The notes under the pieces are model-generated. The model was not told the DNA's origin, ran no database searches, and saw only the letters and a list, made by a program, of their open reading frames with translations. This document shows, in pieces, positions 1-9,747 of a DNA stretch of 34,697 nucleotides (positions are counted from its first letter, which is position 1; the number at the start of each line of letters is the position of its first letter). This stretch comes from Prasinococcaceae sp. CCMP 1430 (taxonomy: Eukaryota > Plantae > Prasinodermophyta), in NCBI GenBank assembly GCA_013416795.1, contig RQSC01000016.1, positions 244,740 through 279,436 of the forward strand. Direction: 5' to 3'. The position numbers were made by a program, and so were the translations under genes.

Positions 1-68
1 CGCGCCCGCCCGCCTGCGGGCGCCCGGCTGACCGGCCTGCGGCCTCGCGCGCGCGCGCGACCGTGCAG

Positions 69-1552
69 GGCCTGGGGCCGTACGCGACGTCCATCAAGGA
101 CAAGGAGAAGGACCTCAAGGACCTCGTCAAGAAGATTAATGACATGATTGGTGCGTGCGCGCGCGCTCGAGGTGTCGGTGCGCGGGGCGCGCACTGCGGC
201 TGCGGCGCGAGCGCGCGAGCGCGCGCGAAGGAGCGCTGACGCGCGCGGCATCGGCGCGCGCGCCCCAACTGGCGCGCCTGCGCCTCGCAGGCGTGAAGGA
301 GTCGGACACGGGCCTGGCGCTGCCGTCGCAGTGGGACCTCACCGCGGACAAGCAGATGATGCAGGAGGAGCAGCCCCTCCAGGTGCGCGCGGTCGCGCCG
401 AGCGCTCCGGGCTCCGCGCGCGGCGGCCATAGATCCTCGCGCTGACACCCGTGCGCGGCGCCCGCCCCGCGGCGCTCGGGTGGACTCGGCCGGCCTCGCT
501 GCCGCGGCGGCGCGCGTGCGTGCTCGCAGGTGGCCCGCTGCACGAAGATCATCAACAAGAATGCGGGGGAGGATTCTCAGTACGTGATCAACGTCAAGCA
601 GATCGCCAAGTTCGTGGTGGGCCTCGGCGACCGGGTCGCGCCGACGGACGTCGAGGAGGGAATGCGCGTGGGGGTGGACCGCACCAAGTACCAGATCCAG
701 ATCCCGCTGCCGCCGAAGATCGACGCCAGCGTGACGATGATGACGGTCGAGGAGAAGCCCGACGTCACGTACGGCGACATCGGCGGCAGCAAGGAGCAGA
801 TCGAAAAGATGCGCGAGGTGGTGGAGCTGCCCATGCTCCACCCGGAGAAGTTCGTTCAGCTCGGCATCGACCCCCCCAAGGGCGTGCTGTGCTACGGGCC
901 GCCGGGGACGGGCAAGACGCTGCTCGCGCGCGCGGTGGCCAACCGCACAGACGCGTGCTTCATTCGCGTCATCGGCAGCGAGCTCGTGCAGAAGTACGTC
1001 GGCGAGGGCGCGCGCATGGTCCGCGAGCTCTTCCAGATGGCGCGCTCGAAGAAGGCGTGCCTGGTCTTCTTCGACGAGGTGGACGCCATCGGCGGCGCGC
1101 GCTTCGACGATGGCGCAGGCGGGGACAACGAGGTGCAACGCACGATGCTCGAGATCGTCAATCAGCTCGACGGCTTCGACTCGCGCGGCAACATCAAGGT
1201 GCTGATGGCCACCAACAGGCCAGACACGCTCGACCCGGCGCTCCTGCGCCCCGGCCGCCTCGATCGCAAGGTCGAGTTCGGCCTCCCCGACCTCGAGTCG
1301 CGGACGCAGATCTACAACATCCACTCGCGGCCGATGAACTGCGAGCGCGACATTCGCTGGGAGCTGCTTGCGAGGCTGTCGCCCAACGCCACGCCCGCGG
1401 AGATCCGCTCGGTGTGCACCGAGGCCGGCATGTTCGCGATCCGCGCGCGCCGCAAGACCGTGTCGGAGAAGGACTTCCTGGAGGCGGTGAACAAGGTCAT
1501 CAAGGGCTACAAAAAGTTTTCCTCGACGGCGAAGTACATGCAGTACAACTAG
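69..1552 (+). CDS. RPT1: 26S proteasome AAA-ATPase regulatory subunit 7 (5' partial; exons 69-150, 291-382, 530-1552)
   Basis: Walker A GPPGTGKT, Walker B FFDEVD and [25 protein letters not shown]. Upstream exons ([10 protein letters not shown]..., [17 protein letters not shown]...) join in frame through GT-AG introns 151-290 and 383-529, each with a CTGAC branch point. Confidence 0.97.
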
Positions 1553-1708
1553 CCGTTTTTGTACAACAGAGCGTGGCCTTTGCCACCGGCGGCGGCGGGC
1601 GCGGGCGTAAATACGGACGTGATACACGCGCGCGCGCACCCGGCTGCGGACCAGCGCGCGGTGTACAAAAGGCGAGGCGCAATTACTCCGTTGCTTGGCG
1701 CGGCGGCC

Positions 1709-2137
1709 CTACAGCGGCAGCCCGCCCTTGCGCGTCATGCCAAGCTGCATTTCCATCTGCTCGTGGACCGTGTGCTGCGGGGCCCTCTCCGACACGGCGA
1801 AGTCGCCGCCGAAGAAGTCGCCCATCGGCAGCTCGTCCAGCTCGCCGTTGAGCGCTTGCAGCCCGAGCATCGCCGAGGGCGTCGCGCCGCCCGGCAGCCT
1901 TTGCACGCGCCCCAGAATCTGCTTGTCCAGCCCCGCCTTTGCACCCAGCGCGGTGCCGTAGAGGGCCGTCTTCGCAACAGCATCCTCGCGCTGCGCCATC
2001 TCAGCGGAGCGGCGCTCGGCCGCCTGCACCGGGTGCGTGTCCACACCGGCGTGCTTCAGGTTGGCGCCCGGGCCCTGGCGCAGGGTGTCCACCGGCGCGC
2101 TCAGCACGGGCAGCGAGCCGCCGACATTGGTGGAGGC
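1709..2137 (-). CDS. UMP1: Proteasome maturation factor UMP1/POMP (main exon; first exon uncertain)
   Basis: The translation has the UMP1-family pattern DTLRQG..HPV...YG....ILGRVQRLPG..SAMLGLQALNGELD...H..MEMQLG. There is a CAG acceptor at 2140-2138 and CTGAC at 2177-2173. The best start is ATG|GTGCGT at 2550 (inferred). Confidence 0.88.
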   Translation of the reverse strand, partial: ASTNVGGSLPVLSAPVDTLRQGPGANLKHAGVDTHPVQAAERRSAEMAQREDAVAKTALYGTALGAKAGLDKQILGRVQRLPGGATPSAMLGLQALNGELDELPMGDFFGGDFAVSERAPQHTVHEQMEMQLGMTRKGGLPL

Positions 2138-2610
2138 CTGCGCCGCGGCGAAGCGCGCGAGTCAAGCGCGGGGTCAGCGAGGCCAACGGCGGAGGCGCTC
2201 ATCTTCGTTGGGCGCTGGCGCAGCACGCAGCGGCGCGCGCAGACGAGCGGCGCGCGTGGCCGACGGCGGCGGCGCATCCTTCGCCGCGCTCCCGATCGTG
2301 CACGCCCACGCCCGCCCCGCTCCCCCCACAAGCCAACCCCCCCTTGCTCACACACACACGACCACCACCACGAGCCACCAGAGGATCTACTCAGCACGCG
2401 CAACCCGAAAATGGCCACCGCGGCGCCCCGCGCGTGCGGCGCGGGCGCCCGACCCTTCCCCTCAACCCGCGCGCGCGCGCGAGCACGCGCGTGACGAGTG
2501 CGAGCGCGGCCCCCTTTCCCCCCCCCCACCACACCCGCCTCACGCACCATGGCGTCCGCCCGCGTAACGGGCCCATCGGCGGCGGCTTCCGCCGCGACGA
2601 GCCGCCTACG

Positions 2611-3003
2611 ATGGCCGGCGCGCGCTCGGGCGCGGCTCAGCGTCGGCTGGAGGCGGCCGCGGACGCGCTGGTGGCGCTCGTGCGCGAGGCGCCCGATGAC
2701 ATCTCGCGCTACACGCTGCTGCGCGCCGTGCAGGCGTCCGCGCCGTCGGCGTTCCACGCGGCTCTCGCGCGGCGCACCGCCGAGCTGCTTCCGCTCGTGT
2801 ACACTCCCACGGTCGGCGACGCGTGCGCGCGCTACCACACGCTCGACCTGCCGCGCGCAGGCAGCCGATACGCGGGGCTGTACCTGAGCTCTGCAGATAA
2901 GGGCAACGTGCTGGAGGCGCTGCGCTCGCGGTGGCCGTCGGACGGCCGCGACGTGCGCGTCGTGGTGCTCACAGACGGCGAGCGCATCCTCGGGCTCGGC
3001 GAC
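2611..3003 (+). pseudogene. Truncated malic enzyme fragment (N-terminal domain only)
   Basis: ELLPLVYTPTVGDAC and VVVLTDGERILGLGD are malic enzyme signatures. Homology stops after GLGD at a (GC)n tract with no GT donor, and the rest of the enzyme is absent from the window. It may be an assembly artefact rather than a pseudogene. Confidence 0.75.
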
Positions 3004-3446
3004 CGCGCGCATGCGCGCGCGCGCGCGCGCGCTCCGGTTTCGTAGCGCACACTTTCGACCTCGCATCACTCTCATTCACGTATACATCAAATACACCCAC
3101 GGGCGACATTTGGTTGATTTTGATGGTCGATCTGATCAGACCAGACCAGATCAGACGTCGCGTCGCAAAAAAAAAAGAGTTACGTGCCCGTGGTTCTTTG
3201 TGATGTAGATCCTAATTTTGTGGGGCGTCGGGAGGGGGCGCAGCAGAGGTCTTTCGCGAGGACTCAAAAAAAAAAAAAAGGCGTACGGGCACGCCACGTC
3301 GAAAGCGACAGCAGTGCAGAGCGGCGAGGGTCACACCTTGTGCGAGGGGCGCCACACCCTCTCCCCCCCCCCCCCCTTGCCTTCCGTGGCCCAAGGCCCC
3401 CGGCTCCGGCGGGGCCTGCGCCCGCGCCCGCCGCGCGCCGCGCGCC

Positions 3447-5158
3447 ATGGACGTGGTGAGGAACTACTTCGACCGGGTGCGTGCCCTCGCGGCGCGCCGC
3501 GCGCGCGCCGGGCCCCGATTTCGTTGCGAGGCTCGCGCGGTCGTCGCGAGCGCGGACGCCCCGGCGGGCGGGTGCAGCGCGCACTGCGGGGCGGGCGGGC
3601 AGCGTGGACGGGCGTAGACAGGTGGCGCATGCGCGCGGATCCTTGCTTGGGCGCGCACCCCTGTGCATGGTCTCCCGGGCGTTTGTCGGCCGAGCCGGGC
3701 GCCGCGAAAGACGCGCGTGTGCGATCGCGACGCCCTCGCCCCGCGAGCGCGCGCTGACTGCGCCGGCGCCACCGCCACTCCGCGCCCGCCGTCTGCGCCG
3801 GCGCCACCGGCACGCAGGTTGGCCGCGACCCGGCGTCGCGCATCAAGTTTGGCCTGACCGCCGTGCTTGGCTTCACCGCCTTCCTCGTGGCCTGTGTGGA
3901 GCTTGGCAAGGCCGGCGAGGGGGGCACGCTCGTGAGGAAGTTCGATTCGAGGGTGGAGAGCCATGCCGAGGCCGGCACGCACATGCTCGTCGCCACTGTG
4001 TGTCCCATGCCCTTTAACTGCCCCGACTGGTGCACCGACGACAAGAACGATAAAGGCCCGAAGAAGTACTACTGCAAGTGCGTGGACAACAAGTCGACCA
4101 TGGAGTGGAAGTTTGCCCCGAACAACAAGGGCGACCACATGTGCCAGTTCATCGAGGAGGCCACTCCGGGCCACAAAGCGCCCAAAATGCACCCAGTGGC
4201 GGTCCACAAGGCCGCCGACAAGGTGCCCGTCACGCTGTGGGATGGGTACGCGTTGGAGCAGGAGCACTGCCAGCAGGTCAACTGGGTGATGAACGAGACC
4301 CAGAGGTCGAGGGACCAATTCATCGTTTGCTCCTTCCACTCCAACCTCCACCCGGACGACGAGCCCTACCCCACTGCGCTGCTGGACATGAAGGGTTCGT
4401 GGGCGCCCGCGCAGGCATGAGCGAACGCTCGCTGGCCCGCTCGCTGGCCCGCTCGCTCGCTCGCTCGCTCTCGCGCGCGCGTGTGACGGCGCGCGCCGAC
4501 GAAGCCCTCGGCCTGGCGCACCTGACTGACGCCGCCCACCCGTCGCCACTCCCACTCCGCAGTCTCGTTGCAATTCCACAAGAATCCGAAAGGCCCATGG
4601 AAAATCCCCAGCTACGAAAAGAAGTTTACCGACATGGCGACCGGCGTCATCAATGCCGGGCAGGCGTGGCTGCACCTCCCCGGCTGGCACTTCATTTCGT
4701 ATGACATTGAGATTGACCTGTTCAAGACCAAGAAGCACGACTTCTGGATGCACAAGCCCAGGCCGCGCTTCGAGCACATGATGTTCGACTCGCGCCTCGC
4801 ACTGAACCGGTCGACCTGGGACAACCCCCCGGCATTCTCCCTCGCCTACAGCTACGACAACTTCGAGGTCGTGCGTGAGTGGGAGGAGGAGACCATGTAC
4901 AGCAGCCGCCGTGCTCTGGGCGTGGCAGGTGGCATCGCGTTTCTGCTGTCGCTGCTCAACGTCGCTCTCTTCGCGTGCGCCACCGCTGCTTTCAGCCTCA
5001 ACACCTCGGAGGTGGAGGGCACGCCGTACGAGTACACCTACAACACGAGCGCCGATGTGGACACCCCCGGTCCACCCGTGTCTCAGCCGGCGGGCGACGC
5101 TGAGGGTGGCTACAAAGTCACGGGGGGCTCGGGCGGGGGCTACGGCTCCATCGCGTAG
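3447..5158 (+). CDS. Uncharacterised 400-aa two-TM protein with a Cys-rich extracellular loop (exons 3447-3476, 3818-4394, 4563-5158)
   Basis: Good ATG context (gccATGg). Introns 3477-3817 (GTGCGT..CTGAC..CAG) and 4395-4562 (GTTCGT..CTGAC..CAG) give a continuous 1203-nt frame joining the ORFs at 3863 and 4568. Hydrophobic segments lie near both ends. Confidence 0.8.
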
Positions 5159-5359
5159 AGCGGAGCGGCTTCATTATTCTTCTGTACACCCTCGCCGCGC
5201 GGCGCCAATCGCATCAAGGATGCCAAGTAATTTCTCATTTTGTTGCCCGGCGTCTCCCCGCGCGACCCCAGCTGCCGCCGCTTGGCGCTGCACTCGCTAG
5301 AGAATCCGTGCGCGCAAGTGAATCTCACCGAGTCTTACAAGGGGGGAAAACGGTCCTGC

Positions 5360-5423
5360 TCACGTCTCGTCCAGCGCGCTCACGGCCCGGGCCGTGGCCT
5401 CAATCGCCTGTGCGGAGCGCGCG

Positions 5424-5476
<53 letters not shown>

Positions 5477-6787
5477 GGACGGTCAGCTGACGAGCGGGCG
5501 CGGCAAAAAAGTGCGAGGAGGCTGGGGCGGGGAGGCGCAACATACCTTGTCGATCTCCTCGTCCGAGATGATGAGCGGCGGCACGAAGCGCAGCACGAAG
5601 CCCCTGCCCGCTGGCACTGCCAGCACATTCTCCTTTGCGCGCAGCGCCTCCACGAGCGGGCCAACGGAGCAGTCGAACTCGACGCCAACGAGCAGGCCCG
5701 AGCCGCGCACGTCGACCACGCGCTCGCACTCCTTGAGCGCTTCGGCGAGGCCCGCGCGCAGCCTCTCCCCCTTGGTCAGGACGGCCTCGAGGAACGCCGG
5801 CTGGGTGGCGCGCTGCACCACCTCCAGGGCGGCAGCGCACACGAGCGGGCCGCCTGCGAAGGTGGAGCCGTGGTCGCCCGGTGCCATCGCCTGGGCCACC
5901 TCGTCAGTGCACAGCACGGCGCCGATGGGGAGGCCACCCGCGAGCGGCTTGGCGGCGGTGAGGATGTCTGGCTCGACGCCGTAGGCCTGGTGCGCCCACA
6001 CATGCCCCGTGCGCGCCATGCCGCACTGCACCTCGTCGAACACAAGCGCGGCGCCCGCCTCGTCGCAGATCTCGCGCAGGCCGCGCAGGAAGTCGCGCGT
6101 GGCCGGGTAGCACCCGCCCTCGCCCTGGACGGGCTCGACGAAGACCGCGCACGTCTCGCCGGGCTTGATCACGGCGCGCGCGCTCTCGAGGTCGCCGTAG
6201 GTGGCGAAGCTGACGCCGGGCACCAGCGGCTCGAAGGGCGCGCGGTAGCCCTCCACCGACGTCAGCGACAGCGCGCCCATCGTGCGGCCGTGGAAACCAG
6301 ATGTGAACGCCACCATGCCCGTGGCGGGCGCGGCGCCGCTCTCGGCGGCCTTCGCGCGCGCGAGCTTGCGCGCAAACTTGAGCGCGCCCTCGTTGGCCTC
6401 GGTGCCCGAGTTGCAGTAGAACACCTTGTCGGCGAAGCTCGTCTCGCACAGGAGCTTGGCGAGGTCCACCATCGGCTGCGTGTGGTAGAGGTTGCTCGTG
6501 TGCACGAGCGTGGCCGCCTGGCGCGCGACCACCTCCGCCCACGCCGCGTCCGAGTGCCCCAAGATATTGACGGCGATGCCCGCGGCCATGTCGAGGTACT
6601 CCTCGCCCTCGGTCGTGTACAGGTTGCACCCCTCGCCGCGCTCGAACACCATCGGCGGCCGGCCGTACGTCTGCATGACGTACTGCGCCTCGTCGGCGAT
6701 GACGCGCTCCGCGCCGGCCGCGGCTGTGTCCGTGGCGGCGGCTCCCGCCGCCGCGCGGCGCGCCGCACGGAGTGCCATCGCCGCCAT
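5360..6787 (-). CDS. argD: Acetylornithine aminotransferase, class III PLP enzyme (exons 6787-5546, 5407-5360)
   Basis: Motifs YLDMAAGIAVNILGH, FYCNSGTEANEGALKFARK, FHGRTMGALS, VFDEVQCGMARTG, AKPLAGGLPIGA and HGSTFAG. Intron 5545-5408 (AAG|GTATGT..CTGAC..CAG) gives a last exon AIEATARAVSALDET*. Confidence 0.93.
5428..5475. repeat. 48-nt poly-G (poly-C on the argD sense strand) inside the argD intron
   Basis: Direct count. It lies between the branch point (5486-5482) and the acceptor (5408). Confidence 0.9.
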
Positions 6788-7027
6788 CGCTGCCGCCGCG
6801 CAGCCGGTGCGCGCGCGCGCTGTGGCGCGGGCGCGCGAGGGTCTCCTCGAGGACGCCCGCGCATATTAGGGCGCACTCATTCAGGGTTCAATACTTTGAT
6901 CACATCGCGTTTGTCAAGCGCGGGTTTGACTCGCAGGTTTGGGTTGCGAAGCTGCCGACGTGCCGTGCGCTGTAGCCGCCGTCTGCCCGATGGTGACGAT
7001 CCCGGACTGCCCGTTTCCAGTCCGGGT

Positions 7028-7444
7028 CTACCCGTCGGATGAACCGGGAGAGGCGTCCGAAAATCCGGTTTCTTCGAGGCGAGCCCTCGCGTGAACCCTA
7101 GCAAGGCGGAGCGAGCGAGGCCTGGCAACAGAAACGAGGCAGCCTCCTTCCCACACCCCACGCCACACGCACCTCCCCCGCCCGCGACCGGGGCCGGAGG
7201 CGGCGCAGGCGCTGCCCGGGACCGTGGCGGCCGCGGCGGCCGCGTCTTCGAACAGCCGCGCGGTCTCCTCCGCCTTGGCGTGCGCCGCGCTCGCCTCGTC
7301 GCGCGCCTCCGCCAGCTCCTCGCGCAGCCGCCCCACCTCGGCCGCGCTCACCTCCGCCCGCGCAGCGCCCCCGCGCCTGTGGTGGCCGATGACGCCGTCC
7401 ACCGCGCCCTTGAGGATCGCGCCCGCGCCCGCGGCGAGCGCCAT
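7028..7444 (-). CDS. Small hypothetical coiled-coil protein (possible intron 7172-7098)
   Basis: ATG at 7444 and strongly G/C-ending codons. Sequence MALAAGAGAILKGAVDGVIG followed by a helical EVGRLREELAEARDEASAAHAKAEE segment. There is an AG|GTGCGT donor at 7172, and the frame stays open whether spliced or not. Confidence 0.55.
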   Translation of the reverse strand: MALAAGAGAILKGAVDGVIGHHRRGGAARAEVSAAEVGRLREELAEARDEASAAHAKAEETARLFEDAAAAAATVPGSACAASGPGRGRGRCVWRGVWEGGCLVSVARPRSLRLARVHARARLEETGFSDASPGSSDG

Positions 7445-7551
7445 GCGGCCGCCGCGAGGCGCCCTTGCGGGGCGGCGCGGCGCGGGGCCGGGCGAGAGAG
7501 GGGGAGCGGCAAGGGAGCGACGCCGCGCCGCAGCCGGCGGATGCTTTGAGG

Positions 7552-8646
7552 ATGGCGGCCCCGGCCTGGGCTGGTGGACGTGAAGGCGGGGCCGATGGAG
7601 GCGCGGCTGCTGCTGGAGGCGGCGGTGGGGGCGACGGAGGCGCGCGCGGAGAGAGGCCCGGTGGGCGCCTGGCGGCACTGCCAACGCCTGCCGCGCAGCC
7701 GGTGCAGCGGCGGGGCCGCCCGCAGGTGCCCGACTCGCTTGTCAACACGCGGTGCGTTCTCGCATCGCACCGCCAGCGCGGCAACCCCGTGCTTCAGCAC
7801 ATTCACAACATCCGCTGGGTGTATGCGGACATCGTCCCGGATTACGTCCTTGGGGAGAGCACCTGCGCGCTCTTCATATCGTTGCGCTACCACGCGCTGC
7901 ACAGGGGCTACCTCACTTCGCGGATGCACGAGCTCGCCGATGCTTTTCGCACGCGTATCGTGCTCTGCTACGCGGACTCTGAGGACGGCAGCGCGGCGCT
8001 CGAGGAGATCACTGGGCTGTGCGTGCAGCGTGGTTTTTCGCTCATAGTCTGCTGGTCGCCACAGGAGGCCGCGCGCTACCTGGAGACCTTCAAGGTGCGC
8101 AGACGCGCATTTCCCCCGCGTGCCCGCGCGCAAACACACCCCGAGGACTGGCGTGCGAGGCTGCGCGCCCTGTGCTGACCTCGATGCCGCGCTGCTACGC
8201 ATCCCTAGCTCTACGAGAAGAAGCCTGCGGATGCCATCATGACACGTGTGGAAGGCGACTTCCACTCGAAGGTGGAGGCGTTCCTCACTTGTGTCAAAAC
8301 AATCAACAAGACGGACGCGCACATGCTGCTGCAGGCATTTGGCACCGTCGCCAAGATAATCAGCGCCGAGCCTGCCGAGTGGGCTGCTGTCCCTGGCATC
8401 GGGCCTACCAAGGTGAAGATGCTCACGGAGGCGTTCCACAAGCCGCTCAAGAGGCAAGCACAGCAGCCACCGCCGCAACAGGGGCTGGGGCAGCAGGCGC
8501 AGCGGGGGCAGCAGGCGCAGCAGGGGCAGCAGGGGCAGCAGGGGCAGCAGGCGCAGCAGGGGCAGTCGCGCCAGGCAACGCCGCCGCTCACGACGCAGCA
8601 GACGTATGACCTCCAGCGTTTCGAGCCCTCGGGGAGCTGGCGGTAG
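7552..8646 (+). CDS. ERCC1: DNA excision repair protein ERCC1 (exons 7552-8094, 8209-8646)
   Basis: QRGNPVLQHI..VPDYVLGESTCALFISLRYH...WSPQEAARYLETFK|LYEKKPADAI, plus a C-terminal HhH pair (KTINKTDA..VPGIGPTK). Intron GTGCGC..CTGAC..TAG keeps the frame. Confidence 0.95.
8488..8563 (+). repeat. Imperfect 9-nt tandem repeat (CAGCAGGGG/CAGCAGGCG) encoding the Gln-rich ERCC1 tail
   Basis: Directly visible; it encodes GQQAQRGQQAQQGQQGQQGQQAQQGQ. Confidence 0.8.
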
Positions 8647-8793
8647 CGACGCGTGTTTGCGGGCATTGGATCTAATGTATTTGAGTGTACCAAGAGCTTC
8701 GTTCACCCGCGCATGGCGCCTGGGGTGCATTACACGAGCAAACGCGGCGGACGAGCCCACGCGATTTTCGGGTGGCTAGGTGCGACGAGGCGC

Positions 8794-9747
8794 CTAGTCG
8801 AACAGGTCGAAGCCCATGTCCTCCTCCTCCTCCTCCTCTTCGGGTTCGGGCTCGGGCGCCGCGGCCGCGGCGGCCGCACCGCCGGCGGCGGGCGCGGCGG
8901 CGACCACGAACTCGCCCGAGGCGATCTTGGCCAGGGTGTCCTTGACCTTGTCCGCCAGGGGGTACGAGTACGTCTCCAGGCCGAGGGTAACCGCGAGCAC
9001 GTCCTTGAAGGTGTTGACGATGTGGTGGGGCACGGTCGAGAGCGCCGGGTACTTGGCGGCCATCGCGAACGCGGTCAGGCGGTTCAGGGTCTCGCTGAAC
9101 TTCGCCGCCATGTCGTCGTCGGTGATGTCGAGGACCTTGGCCGAGTAGTGGTCGCCGTCCTCGATCACCTCGAGCACCTCCAGGCCATAGCTGAAGGGCT
9201 TGAGGCCCATCTTCTGCATGAGGATGGCCTCCGACCCGCCGACCTTGTCGCCGGTGGACACCACCTTCACGTCCTGGATGATCTCGACGGTACCCTTGGT
9301 AATCTTGGTGGGCACGTTGAGGGCCTGGAAGAACGAGGTCTGCGAGGGGTCCATGCCAGTGCCGCCGGCCTCGATGATGACGTCGCACGGCGCGATGGCA
9401 CCGACGCGCGCGGGGGCGGGCAGCTTGAACTCGCTAATCTTCGCGCGGATATCGGTGAGCGCGCTGTTCGTGAAGACAAGGCCGACGTTGCCCTGCATCA
9501 TGTCCGGAAGGCAGCCCCACTTGGAGTCGGCGTTGTCGGCGTTGAAGTTGCGGATGCACTTCTTCATGAGCGTGTTCTTGCCCATGAGGATGACCGAGTC
9601 GAACGCGCGCAGCGCCATGCGGATGTCCGCGAACTGCTTCGAGCCAACGTTGTCGGCGTGCACGAGGAAGGCCTTCGAGTACTTGCCGAGGACGTCATTG
9701 ACCTTCTCGGCATAGGCGATCTTCTTCTGGGCGGCAGCGTTCGACAT
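8794..9747 (-). CDS. RPP0: 60S acidic ribosomal protein P0 (uL10), intronless
   Basis: DNVGSKQFADIR, MGKNTLMKKCIR, GTGMDPSQTSFFQALNVPTKITKGTVEI and an acidic tail ending EEEDMGFDLFD. Confidence 0.97.
   Translation of the reverse strand: MSNAAAQKKIAYAEKVNDVLGKYSKAFLVHADNVGSKQFADIRMALRAFDSVILMGKNTLMKKCIRNFNADNADSKWGCLPDMMQGNVGLVFTNSALTDIRAKISEFKLPAPARVGAIAPCDVIIEAGGTGMDPSQTSFFQALNVPTKITKGTVEIIQDVKVVSTGDKVGGSEAILMQKMGLKPFSYGLEVLEVIEDGDHYSAKVLDITDDDMAAKFSETLNRLTAFAMAAKYPALSTVPHHIVNTFKDVLAVTLGLETYSYPLADKVKDTLAKIASGEFVVAAAPAAGGAAAAAAAPEPEPEEEEEEEDMGFDLFD

Noticed and set aside
3004-3012. GC-AG intron continuing the malic enzyme
   Set aside because: The context lacks the AG|GCAAG-type consensus, and no downstream malic enzyme exon exists in the window.
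3125-3156. TCTGATCAGA palindrome with CAGAC repeats as a possible C/D snoRNA or operator
   Set aside because: No canonical box C with a terminal stem; the support is too weak.
6788-6864. Transit-peptide-like in-frame stretch ([19 protein letters not shown]...) upstream of the argD ATG
   Set aside because: The only ATG (6864) is out of frame by one base. It could be a sequencing indel or a 5' UTR and cannot be resolved here.
5240-7042. Long antisense or overlapping ORFs (for example 5240-7042+, 8653-10065+, 13471-14232-, 16021-17823-, 21867-23408+)
   Set aside because: They are shadows of high-GC3 genes on the opposite strand or in another frame, with Arg/Ala/Gly-rich translations and no family motifs.
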